Of a stretch of DNA of 50,925 bases, positions 27,020 through 35,595 are shown piece by piece. The stretch is taken from UHGV virus genome UHGV-1370083. The stretch is one strand, 5' to 3'. Each line of letters begins with the position of its first letter. Positions within the stretch are counted from its first letter, which is position 1. The translations under genes were made by a program, and so were the position numbers. The notes beneath the pieces are model-generated. The model worked only from the letters and a program-made list of their open reading frames with translations, made no database searches and was not told where the DNA came from. The stretch is from a virus.

Positions 27020-27770
27020 AGTTGAAATACTTAACCCAAACATTATTGAAGATACAATCAAAATGATGGCAATTGGTGCAAGATTAACACAACATAGTCA
27101 CAACATTAAAGACTTAGAAGATTTCAATAACTTATATAACACGCCTGCGTCATCTAAATTGATTGCAAAACTTAATGAGTTACCTCATCCAACGCTTCTT
27201 CATTTCACAAAAATCAATGTTGTTGTGTTTGGTGCATCTCGTCGGTTCCTTGCACAAATCACCCGGCATCAAGAAAATGTAAAATTTATGTCAGGTAGTT
27301 TACAATATAGCGACTTCTCTGATAACAGTGACGTTGCAGTACCTTATGAAATTATGGACACTGAATTTGAAGAGCCCTATAAAGAACAGTGCAAAGAAGC
27401 AATGGATATGTATGCAAGTCTTCAGAAAGCTTGTGGCGTTGATAATGACTCAGCTGGTTATGTTGCCCCTCAAGGTTTACGCAATGTTCTTATAATCAGT
27501 GCCACTCCATTTCAATGGAAGCACATGATTGCGCAAAGAATTTGTAGACGTAACACAGCAGAAACGCGATATGTTATGCTTCTTATATGGAGCGAGTTAT
27601 ATAAGTTAGCACCTCAAATTTTTAATGAAGATACAACTGGTTGTTTTTGTATGACAAGTTTTTGTAAAGAAGGTTCAATGAGTTGTCACAATCCAATTAA
27701 CTTTAACGATACGCCGGATGATATACTTCATAAAGACTTTCCTAAATTATATAAGGAGAATAAATGTTAA
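27006..27770 (+). CDS. ThyX-like protein (flavin-dependent thymidylate synthase family) with a non-canonical signature. Start revised to MKNIKVEIL, giving about 254 aa.
   Basis: The region FGASRRFLAQITRHQENVKFMSGSLQYS aligns with the ThyX motif RHR-x7-S...SQRY, but the second Arg is Gln (RHQ). TTTTGGAGGCACTG before the ATG at 27006. It overlaps dut by 14 nt. Confidence 0.5.
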   Translation: MKNIKVEILNPNIIEDTIKMMAIGARLTQHSHNIKDLEDFNNLYNTPASSKLIAKLNELPHPTLLHFTKINVVVFGASRRFLAQITRHQENVKFMSGSLQYSDFSDNSDVAVPYEIMDTEFEEPYKEQCKEAMDMYASLQKACGVDNDSAGYVAPQGLRNVLIISATPFQWKHMIAQRICRRNTAETRYVMLLIWSELYKLAPQIFNEDTTGCFCMTSFCKEGSMSCHNPINFNDTPDDILHKDFPKLYKENKC

Positions 27771-28258
27771 TTCTTGTAGAGGGTGGCGACGGTTCTGGTA
27801 AATCAACTCTTGTAGAAACTCTTAGAAAGTTTAATTTCAAGATTGCAAAGCCTGCAGCATTACAAAACAAGCATCAGTTTGAGTATTATGAACGACTCGC
27901 TTTACAAAGTATTTATGCTGAGCAGAATATAGTTCTTGATAGAAGCTTTTTATCGGAACTTGTATATCGTATTTATGATAAGAAGAAGCCACGACTTGGA
28001 CTCGGTGAAATATTTTCTCTTCTTAAATATTGCAAAATTATTCTTTGCGAGACTGGTACACAGTTTCAAGATGCAATGGCAAGAGGTGAAGATAACATAA
28101 CTAAGGAAGAAGATAGTAGGCAAATTAAATTTTTGTATCGGCAATATATTGCACTGATTGAACAGTTCGAAAATGTTCCGGTGCTTAGATACAATTGGCA
28201 GAAAAACAAAATGATTGAAGTCATTTCGTTTATAAATCAGACTAATACAAGGAGGTAA
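27764..28258 (+). CDS. Thymidylate or deoxynucleoside-monophosphate kinase (164 aa).
   Basis: P-loop LVEGGDGSGKST and a DRS (DRY-like) motif VLDRSFLSELVY. TAAGGAGAATAA before the ATG. Confidence 0.65.
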   Translation: MLILVEGGDGSGKSTLVETLRKFNFKIAKPAALQNKHQFEYYERLALQSIYAEQNIVLDRSFLSELVYRIYDKKKPRLGLGEIFSLLKYCKIILCETGTQFQDAMARGEDNITKEEDSRQIKFLYRQYIALIEQFENVPVLRYNWQKNKMIEVISFINQTNTRR

Positions 28259-28262
28259 CAAA

Positions 28263-29108
28263 ATGCAGTATGACAGCTTTATTACCCATGATATAGATTT
28301 CTATATGGGTAACCCGAAGAGCGGCAAAACTTTAATTGCAGGCAGTTATCCAAAACCGATGCTTTATGTATCGATTGGCAATGACGGTGGCGGACGAGTT
28401 TTGATGATGCGTTATAGGCAGGACGTTGAGAAAGGCTTAATTAGAGTTAAGAATATCAATAACGACTTACCTATGGGCGGTATTATTAAAGAAACGTCTT
28501 GTGAAAAACTTGCAAAATTGTTAGCTGAGCTTCGAAAGCCGGATGCAGATAAGTTTAAAACAATTGTAGTTGATACCGTTGGTGCATTGCAAGATGATTA
28601 CAAAGCTTATCTCGAACTTAAGAAAAAGGGTGTTCCCCTTTCTCAGCAAGAGTGGGGTGACGTTGGCAGAATGGTTCTTAATTTAAAGGACAATATGAAA
28701 CGTTTCTCTGGCGAAACAGGTACCAAAATTGTGTGGATAACTCACACAAGAGAACAAGAGGTAACTGAAACAAGTGGTTTGAACAAAGAAATCAGAATCG
28801 TACCTGATTTAACTATTCAAACTGGCAAGAAGTTTATGAAAGATGCTTCGAATATTTTCTATTGTTGTCGTAAAACAATCATCAATGACAAAGGTGAACA
28901 TACAGTTAAGTTTCTTACTTACGTAGGACCTCATCCGTTGATTGATACAGGCACAAGAGATATGTATTTGGAGCAAGGTGAGTTTGTTGAAAACTTCACT
29001 TATGACAAATGGCAAGCTATGATTAGAGCGGGACATTTAATCGCAGCTAACGTATTAGTTCCCGAAGAAAATAAAGAAAATGAAAATGCCAAAGAGGCAG
29101 AGGAGTAA
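28263..29108 (+). CDS. RecA-fold ATPase (281 aa), a Sak4-like recombination ATPase.
   Basis: Walker A GNPKSGKT and Walker B IVVDTVG. ACAAGGAGGTAACAAA before the ATG. Confidence 0.55.
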   Translation: MQYDSFITHDIDFYMGNPKSGKTLIAGSYPKPMLYVSIGNDGGGRVLMMRYRQDVEKGLIRVKNINNDLPMGGIIKETSCEKLAKLLAELRKPDADKFKTIVVDTVGALQDDYKAYLELKKKGVPLSQQEWGDVGRMVLNLKDNMKRFSGETGTKIVWITHTREQEVTETSGLNKEIRIVPDLTIQTGKKFMKDASNIFYCCRKTIINDKGEHTVKFLTYVGPHPLIDTGTRDMYLEQGEFVENFTYDKWQAMIRAGHLIAANVLVPEENKENENAKEAEE

Positions 29109-29114
29109 ATTAAA

Positions 29115-29552
29115 ATGATTGAAAAGTTTAGTGATTATGAAGGTGGGTTTCTCAACCAGGCTGGTAAATTTGTATTTACCGTAGAAAATGCTGAAATTAA
29201 AGACAGCTCGAAAGGTGACCCGATGGTAGTACTTACCGTTAAAGCGCCTGAAGGTACGACGACTATTTATAAGTCTCTTATACCTAAAGCAAGATGGTCT
29301 TACAATAGCATTATCAAAGCATGTTTGCATTTGAATACGCCTGAGAAAATCAATAATTTCCAGTGCGATTATATGACTATTCATAACGACCTAATTGGAA
29401 CGAAGTTTATCGGTACGGTTGTTGAGGACGTGTATAACAAAGAAGTTAAGACGCCTCTTGATGATGGCACGTTCCAGACTGAAATTGTTCCGACTAAGTC
29501 GTACAAAATCACGAAGTATGAAGATACTGAAATTGAAGACGAATGCGACTAA
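29115..29552 (+). CDS. Putative single-stranded DNA-binding protein (145 aa) with an acidic C-terminal tail.
   Basis: Acidic tail TEIEDECD. It sits between recombination and nuclease genes. GCAGAGGAGTAAATTAAA before the ATG. The OB fold is not verifiable by eye. Confidence 0.35.
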   Translation: MIEKFSDYEGGFLNQAGKFVFTVENAEIKDSSKGDPMVVLTVKAPEGTTTIYKSLIPKARWSYNSIIKACLHLNTPEKINNFQCDYMTIHNDLIGTKFIGTVVEDVYNKEVKTPLDDGTFQTEIVPTKSYKITKYEDTEIEDECD

Positions 29553-29654
29553 GTTACTTCAAGGCGGTGAGAAATCACCGTCTATATGGAAGGCACAGTA
29601 ATTTAGTGGTGCAACTCCACTACCTTCCACCAAATTTATTGAAGGAGGTAACTT

Positions 29655-30020
29655 ATGCAAACAGAAAGAGAAAGTAAAGTGCAAAAGAAAACAATGGACA
29701 TACTCCGCAAATATGGTTGTTATGTTTATAAAAATGCACAAAGTGCTTTCACGGAAAAAGGTAGACCTGACTTAACTGCTTGTGTTCCTGTAAAGCTTGG
29801 AACTCTTGAAGAGATTTACGGCAAAGACGCAACACTCGGTATCTTTCTTGGAGTAGAAATGAAACGTGACGGTCATCTTGGTGAGGTGAGCGACGCACAA
29901 CAAATTGTAGGTCGAAAGATTATGAGGTCTAAAGGGTTGTGGTTTGCAATTGATGACCCACTCGTAATCGAAGCACTTATGCTAAAATTTAAGGTGGTAA
30001 AGCAAGATGAATTACAATGA
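29655..30020 (+). CDS. VRR-NUC domain nuclease (121 aa).
   Basis: GRPDL ... LGVEMKRDG ... SDAQQ matches the VRR-NUC PD-(D/E)xK-plus-Q pattern. TTGAAGGAGGTAACTT before the ATG. Confidence 0.6.
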   Translation: MQTERESKVQKKTMDILRKYGCYVYKNAQSAFTEKGRPDLTACVPVKLGTLEEIYGKDATLGIFLGVEMKRDGHLGEVSDAQQIVGRKIMRSKGLWFAIDDPLVIEALMLKFKVVKQDELQ

Positions 30021-31299
30021 GTATTTAAAAAACGAACGGCCGTATCAAGAGTACGGCTGTAACTTTTTATTAGAGCGTAAACATGCATGCTTGTTTTATA
30101 AACCCGGTAAAGGCAAAACTTATCCAGTAATTAAAGCGGTTAGAGAAATAGAAGCAGCAAAAAAGCGTGATATTAAAGTTCTTGTTTTATCGACCGCAGC
30201 AGCAATTAAAATGATGTGGCTTGTTGATATTGACCCTCAGAAAATTATGCCGAAACAAACTGATTATATGTCTTTCACAAAAGCAGTGCAAGATAAAGTC
30301 AAACCTGTACTTTTAAAAACTTTGTGGGACGTAATTATTATAGATGAGTGTCATCACATTAAAGCTCATAATACAAAAATCTCTAAACTTGTATATCAGC
30401 TTACAAAGAAGTGTGAATATGTATTTGGTTTGACAGGTACGCCTCGTGGTAATAGTGACGTTGATATTTATTGTCAGTTCCACAATATGAATGTTTCAGG
30501 TTGGGGTGATATTTCATATACGTTATTTGTAAATACTTGTTGTGACGTTGATACAAAATTTGTAAGAGGTATTGCAATTAAAACTCCTACTGCAATCAAT
30601 GAAAAGTACAGAGGCGGTTTTGAAAAGAATGTTGCAATGTATTCACAGCGCAAAGATTATGATGAGTCTGATAATATGCCTGAACTTAATATTAGTATTG
30701 TGAAAATTCCTTTTACGCCAAGTAAAGAATATTTACAAGTTGAGCAAGGTGTATTGCAAATGAGTGATTATGAAACCACTTTGAATAAGTTAACTGCTAT
30801 TTGTAAATTGCAGCAACTTGCAAATGGGTTTGTATATATCACCGATGAATATGATGAAGAAAAGAGAACTTTTAAACTTGATGGCAAGAACTTAAAGCAC
30901 GATTGGTTACAAGATAACTTGAAAGATAATTCTGTTATTGTATATCGGTATGCTGAAGATTATAACCAACTCTGTAGTCTTATGAATAAAATAAATAAAA
31001 CTTATACAAACAATGTTGGTGAGTTCAAAGCAGGTAAAGCTAGTATATTGTTATTACAATGTTCTCAGTCAGAGTCTTTTAACTTGCAGCAATGTGCAAA
31101 TCTTATTTTTTATACAATGGACTATTCGTTTATCAATTTTGACCAGATGCTTCACAGAGTATATCGTATGGGTCAAAAAGAACAAGTAAATATTACAGTT
31201 CTTATAAGCGATGGTAGTATTGAGAATAAGATTTGGAATGCAGTAGATAGAAAACAAACTTTATCACAGTTATTTTATGCGATTAAAGGAGAAGTATAA
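30007..31299 (+). CDS. SNF2-family (DExH) helicase (430 aa).
   Basis: Motif I KPGKGKTY, II IIIDECHH, III GLTGTP, VI HRVYRMGQ. AAGGTGGTAAAGCAAG before the ATG. Confidence 0.7.
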   Translation: MNYNEYLKNERPYQEYGCNFLLERKHACLFYKPGKGKTYPVIKAVREIEAAKKRDIKVLVLSTAAAIKMMWLVDIDPQKIMPKQTDYMSFTKAVQDKVKPVLLKTLWDVIIIDECHHIKAHNTKISKLVYQLTKKCEYVFGLTGTPRGNSDVDIYCQFHNMNVSGWGDISYTLFVNTCCDVDTKFVRGIAIKTPTAINEKYRGGFEKNVAMYSQRKDYDESDNMPELNISIVKIPFTPSKEYLQVEQGVLQMSDYETTLNKLTAICKLQQLANGFVYITDEYDEEKRTFKLDGKNLKHDWLQDNLKDNSVIVYRYAEDYNQLCSLMNKINKTYTNNVGEFKAGKASILLLQCSQSESFNLQQCANLIFYTMDYSFINFDQMLHRVYRMGQKEQVNITVLISDGSIENKIWNAVDRKQTLSQLFYAIKGEV

Positions 31300-33320
31300 T
31301 GGACGAAAATCTTGCAAGACTTAATAGAATTTATCCAGACAGTAAGTATGTACTTATTCCTAAGTATAATGCAGAACAATGGGCCGGCATACCTTATGAT
31401 AGTGGAAAAGATAATAAAGCTGCACTTAATAAATGGAAATCTAATCCACTTAGTTATGAGCAAGCTGAACAAAAAGCAGAGGAAGGCTATCGTATCGGCT
31501 GGGTTATTCCTAAAGGTTATGTCGTAGTTGACGTAGATAACGAAGATGACCCTATGTCTGCTGAAAAATTAGAGCAGCTTCTTAATAAATTTGAAGTTAA
31601 TTACTCTTACAATTATACAAGTCGTGGCACTCATTTTTTATTAAAAGATGAAAGTGAAACAATTAAAACAGATAGCCATTCTAAATGCGCACTTAATATT
31701 GTTATTGATACACGTGCAAATGAGAGTGGCTACATTATATTACCTTGTAACGACCCTCACAGAGCTTGGGGGCATTGGGGCGACAGTGTTGAAGATATAC
31801 CTTACTTTCTTAAACCATTGCTCAAAGATACTACACCAAGCTTTATTGGTATGGTCGATGGTGATGGCCGTAATGATGCACTTTGGAAATGGCGCAGCAG
31901 ATTGGAACAAGTACATAAGCTTACGCCACAAGAAATTGAAAAGAGTATTCGTATTATTAACGAAAACTTATTTCAAATTGCAATTCCAAATAATGAGTTG
32001 TTTAAGACAGTTCTTCGTACCAAAGAAAAGAAAGAAGATAAAGTTGAAAAGCAAAATATATTAAACAAATATGCAGATGACCTAATTAGTCAGTTTGATA
32101 TTATATCAAGAGGTTCTAACTTTTATAAATTCACTGGTATTTATTATGAGCCAATTTCCGATATTGAGCTTGAACAGCTTATTCATCAAACAATAAGTAC
32201 AAACTTAAGTCACGGACAACGAATTGAAATTCTTGAATTTGTTAAAGTTAAGACACAACAACCTGCAGAATTATTTGACAAAGAGTGGTACAAAATTGCT
32301 TGTAAAAATGGTATACTTAACTTTATAAGTGGTGAGCTCGAGACACCAAACAAAACGGAACTTAATACAATTTTTATTCCGTTTGAGTATGATAATGACC
32401 CACCTTATTCACCTCGCATTGACCAGTTTATGAAGGAAATCACTAATGGTGATATTACAAAGATAAACTTCTTGTATCAGGTTGCAGGTTATTGCTTACT
32501 TAAGAAAAATATGTTTGCAAAGTTTTTTATTTTCTTAGGTGAAGGCGGTACAGGTAAATCAACTTATATGAATCTACTTTGCAAAATGGTTGGTGAAAAG
32601 AACTGTGCACGAGTTGCATTATCCGACTTCGATAAAGATTATTATTTATCAGGTTTAATGTCTAAACTTGTAAATGTAGATGATGACGTTATGGACAACA
32701 AAGCGCTTGAAGGTGTAGGTAAGTTTAAGTCAATGATTTCAGGTGACCCTATTTCTGCAAGACAGATTTACAAAGACGTTGTAACATTCACACCATATTG
32801 TACTTGTATCTTTTCTTGTAATAAACTTCCAAAGATTATGGATAAAACGACTGGCCTGTATCGTCGTCTTGTTATTGTAGAACTTAATAACAAGGTTAAA
32901 ACACCAGACCCTTTATTTATGGCAAAGGTTACAGATGAAGACATGCAGTACTTTTTATTTAAAGCAGTTGAAGGTATCAAGCAAGCAATCGAAGAAGGTC
33001 ATTTTGCAATCAATGAAACAGAAGCCGAATTACTTAGACGTTTCAAACGTAGACAAAGTGCATTGAGTGAATGGCTTTATGAAAACAATATTTGTCTTTG
33101 TGACTTAATCGGTAATAAAGTACTTCCTTTATATTCTCAGTTTAGAGATTGGTGCAACACAAGCGGGTATACAAAAATACCTGCGGCTTATTCATTTAAG
33201 GAAGATATTTGTGCAATGTATGGTATCGAACTTGATTTAGTAAAGTTAAATAATGGTGGTTTAGGTGGTCAATGTTTCTCAAAGCGTGGTGAATATGACC
33301 CGAACTATAAACCGTTCTAA
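31299..33320 (+). CDS. Primase-helicase (673 aa): N-terminal AEP/PrimPol-like domain fused to a D5/SF3-type helicase.
   Basis: VVVDVDNEDD (AEP hhDhD motif), a central D5_N-like region, and Walker A FLGEGGTGKST. AAAGGAGAAGTATA before the ATG. ATGG overlap with the upstream stop. Confidence 0.65.
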   Translation: MDENLARLNRIYPDSKYVLIPKYNAEQWAGIPYDSGKDNKAALNKWKSNPLSYEQAEQKAEEGYRIGWVIPKGYVVVDVDNEDDPMSAEKLEQLLNKFEVNYSYNYTSRGTHFLLKDESETIKTDSHSKCALNIVIDTRANESGYIILPCNDPHRAWGHWGDSVEDIPYFLKPLLKDTTPSFIGMVDGDGRNDALWKWRSRLEQVHKLTPQEIEKSIRIINENLFQIAIPNNELFKTVLRTKEKKEDKVEKQNILNKYADDLISQFDIISRGSNFYKFTGIYYEPISDIELEQLIHQTISTNLSHGQRIEILEFVKVKTQQPAELFDKEWYKIACKNGILNFISGELETPNKTELNTIFIPFEYDNDPPYSPRIDQFMKEITNGDITKINFLYQVAGYCLLKKNMFAKFFIFLGEGGTGKSTYMNLLCKMVGEKNCARVALSDFDKDYYLSGLMSKLVNVDDDVMDNKALEGVGKFKSMISGDPISARQIYKDVVTFTPYCTCIFSCNKLPKIMDKTTGLYRRLVIVELNNKVKTPDPLFMAKVTDEDMQYFLFKAVEGIKQAIEEGHFAINETEAELLRRFKRRQSALSEWLYENNICLCDLIGNKVLPLYSQFRDWCNTSGYTKIPAAYSFKEDICAMYGIELDLVKLNNGGLGGQCFSKRGEYDPNYKPF

Positions 33321-33332
33321 GGAGAGTATAAT

Positions 33333-35240
33333 ATGTTAATGAGATTTTTCGACTTTGAAGTTTTTCCACATTGGTGGTGCTGCACATTTGGTGATTTGCA
33401 TAATGAAAAAGATGACGTCGATGAGAGTATTAAAGATACTTTTATTGTAGTTACTTCTGATATGCCTGACGCAAGAGAACGCTTGCTGAGCTTAATGAAA
33501 GAGAATGACGTTTGCGTTGTAGGTTACAATATTAAGTATTATGACTTAATGATTGCAAATGCAATATATCAAGGTTTTACACCAGAACAGGTTAAGATTA
33601 TCAATGACATAATCATTAGACCAGACTTAGCATGGAGCACTAAAGAGCATTTAAGATTACAGTCTTTTGCAAAGAAAAGATTATCAGGTTGTGTATATCA
33701 AGATTTGATGGACGATAACGATGGCTCACTTAAAGAAAAAGAAGCTATTCTTGGTCTTGATATTATGGAAAGTGAAGTTCCATTTGATAAAGAAGATTTA
33801 ACTGATTATGATAAAGTTGATGTTATTAAATATAACAAGCACGACGTTTATGCTTCAATGATTTTTTATCAAAAAGTTTGTTACAATTATACACAAACAA
33901 AGTTAATGCTTGGGCATAAGTTTAATATTCCAGAAGCTACTTGTCATATGGCAACTAATGCAAACCTTGTAGCTAAAGCGCTTAAAGCAGTTAGATGCAC
34001 TTTTGCAGATGCAGATAAAGTTGATATTAACTTACCTAAAAAGATTGACACTTATTGCAAAATAAATATTCCTGCAGAAGTACTTAATTATGTATTAACA
34101 AATCAAAGTGGGCTTCACGTAAAGTTATTTGGTAATGAAGTTGATTTTGGTAACGGTGGTATTCACTCTACTTTAGCAAGTAACTTATATGTAGAGTCTG
34201 ATAATGAATGGATATTAGTAAATGTCGATGCTCGTTCGTATTATCCTTCAATGCTTATACAATTTGCATTGCTTAGTCGAGCAGTTCATCAGCCCCAAAT
34301 CTTTGTAGATATTTATGATGAACGTGTTACAATTAAAAGTAAACCATCAAACGAGAAAACAGATTGGGACAAACTTCTTGAAGCTGCGCTTAAGTTAATT
34401 CTTAATACAACATACGGTGCAAGTGGTAACAAGTGGCTTGATTTATATGACCCTTATATGTGCACTTCGACATGTCGAGTAGGTCAGTTATTCTTAGCGG
34501 CGCTAGCTTGTAAAATTTATAGAGAAATTCCTGGTACAAAAATTATTCAAACTAACACTGATGGTATTCTTGCTTATGTACGCCGTAAAGATTTAGATAA
34601 GCTTAAAGCCTTACAAGCAGAATGGACTAAAGTTTCTGGTATCAATATGGACACCGATTATGTGAGTAAAATATGGCAAAGAGACGTTAACAATTATTTG
34701 CTTGTTAAAGAAGACGGTAGTATTAAAAAGAAAGGTGGTTGGCTTAATGATACGTATGTTAATAAAGGTACAGTTAAGCTTAGTCCTCTTACTGCATATA
34801 TTTGTGCAAAAGCTGCAACTAAGTTTTTGTTAGATGGAACTGATATTGTAGAGACAATTTATGCAGGAAGTAAGTTATCTGACTTTGTTATGACTTGTAA
34901 GAAAGGTCCTACTTATAGAGGTGTTATTCAAAAGTTTGAGGATGGTAGTGAGTTAGAACTCTTTAAATGTAACAGAGTTATTGCAACGACTGATACAAGT
35001 TGCGGTATGCTTTATAAATACAAAATGTTTAAAGGCAATTTGCAATATACTAAGATGCCGAATATTCCAGAACACTGCCGTACAATGAATGAAGATTTAA
35101 CCTCCTATGATTTTAGGGAGATTAGAAAGAAATTAGACTATATATTTTATATTATGAGGGCTCAAGACTTATTAGACATAGAATGGCAAAAATTGAGCGG
35201 TTTATCAATAACTCGCACAAAATCTTTCGATTATGTTTAA
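33333..35240 (+). CDS. Compact family-B DNA polymerase (635 aa).
   Basis: Exo I FDFEV, Exo II YNIKYYD, Exo III YNKHD. Motif A DARSYYPSML, motif B KLILNTTYGASG, and the DTD motif INMDTDY. CTAAGGAGAGTATAAT before the ATG. Confidence 0.65.
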   Translation: MLMRFFDFEVFPHWWCCTFGDLHNEKDDVDESIKDTFIVVTSDMPDARERLLSLMKENDVCVVGYNIKYYDLMIANAIYQGFTPEQVKIINDIIIRPDLAWSTKEHLRLQSFAKKRLSGCVYQDLMDDNDGSLKEKEAILGLDIMESEVPFDKEDLTDYDKVDVIKYNKHDVYASMIFYQKVCYNYTQTKLMLGHKFNIPEATCHMATNANLVAKALKAVRCTFADADKVDINLPKKIDTYCKINIPAEVLNYVLTNQSGLHVKLFGNEVDFGNGGIHSTLASNLYVESDNEWILVNVDARSYYPSMLIQFALLSRAVHQPQIFVDIYDERVTIKSKPSNEKTDWDKLLEAALKLILNTTYGASGNKWLDLYDPYMCTSTCRVGQLFLAALACKIYREIPGTKIIQTNTDGILAYVRRKDLDKLKALQAEWTKVSGINMDTDYVSKIWQRDVNNYLLVKEDGSIKKKGGWLNDTYVNKGTVKLSPLTAYICAKAATKFLLDGTDIVETIYAGSKLSDFVMTCKKGPTYRGVIQKFEDGSELELFKCNRVIATTDTSCGMLYKYKMFKGNLQYTKMPNIPEHCRTMNEDLTSYDFREIRKKLDYIFYIMRAQDLLDIEWQKLSGLSITRTKSFDYV

Positions 35241-35246
35241 TATTGA

Positions 35247-35279
35247 CGAATATTGATTGATTTTAATATATAATATTCG
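35247..35279. repeat. Hairpin CGAATATT-(17 nt)-AATATTCG whose loop carries a single copy of ATTGATTTTAATATATAAT (35256-35274).
   Basis: Read directly. It lies 7 nt after the polB stop and may act as a weak terminator and/or a binding site. Confidence 0.5.
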
Positions 35280-35296
35280 CAAATCTTAATCTTCCT

Positions 35297-35305
35297 TGAT
35301 ATAAT
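35297..35305 (+). promoter_or_regulatory. Extended -10 promoter element TGATATAAT (TGnTATAAT) within TTGATATAATATATAG.
   Basis: A perfect extended -10, 50 nt upstream of the ATG at 35356. The same 16-mer occurs at 45099-45114. Confidence 0.4.
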
Positions 35306-35355
35306 ATATAGGCCCAAAAGATTACACATTAAAAATTTTAGGAGGTAAAAACAAA

Positions 35356-35595
35356 ATGACAGTATTTACTGAAACATATATTCCGTATGAATTTAATAAT
35401 AAGATGGACTGTTATAAATATGTTGTTAATCGCGCACTTAACATACAAAAATCATTACGGTTTATAGAAAAAGATACAGAGCACCTTACTGTTAGATGCC
35501 CTGTATCAGCTGACTATTTAGATATTATTGGTGAACCAGAAGAAATAGAGTGGTTACATATGATGCTTAAAAATCGTCATTGGTATAAACCTTAA
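35356..35595 (+). CDS. Hypothetical protein (79 aa).
   Basis: TAGGAGGTAAAAACAAA before the ATG. Its stop overlaps the stop of the convergent giant gene. Confidence 0.45.
   Translation: MTVFTETYIPYEFNNKMDCYKYVVNRALNIQKSLRFIEKDTEHLTVRCPVSADYLDIIGEPEEIEWLHMMLKNRHWYKP

Noticed and set aside
29553-29654. Possible full tRNA gene, suggested by the CCA end and T-arm-like hairpin.
   Set aside because: The paired acceptor stem spans only about 45 nt and there are no D or anticodon arms. The upstream hairpin has a 4-nt loop, not a 7-nt anticodon loop. It is kept only as a tRNA-like minihelix observation.
34540-34580. Possible inactivated PolB motif C (IQTNTDGIL, with Asn in place of the first Asp).
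   Set aside because: A canonical DTD-containing segment (GINMDTDYV) lies about 30 aa downstream and is the more likely motif C. The alignment is ambiguous by eye.
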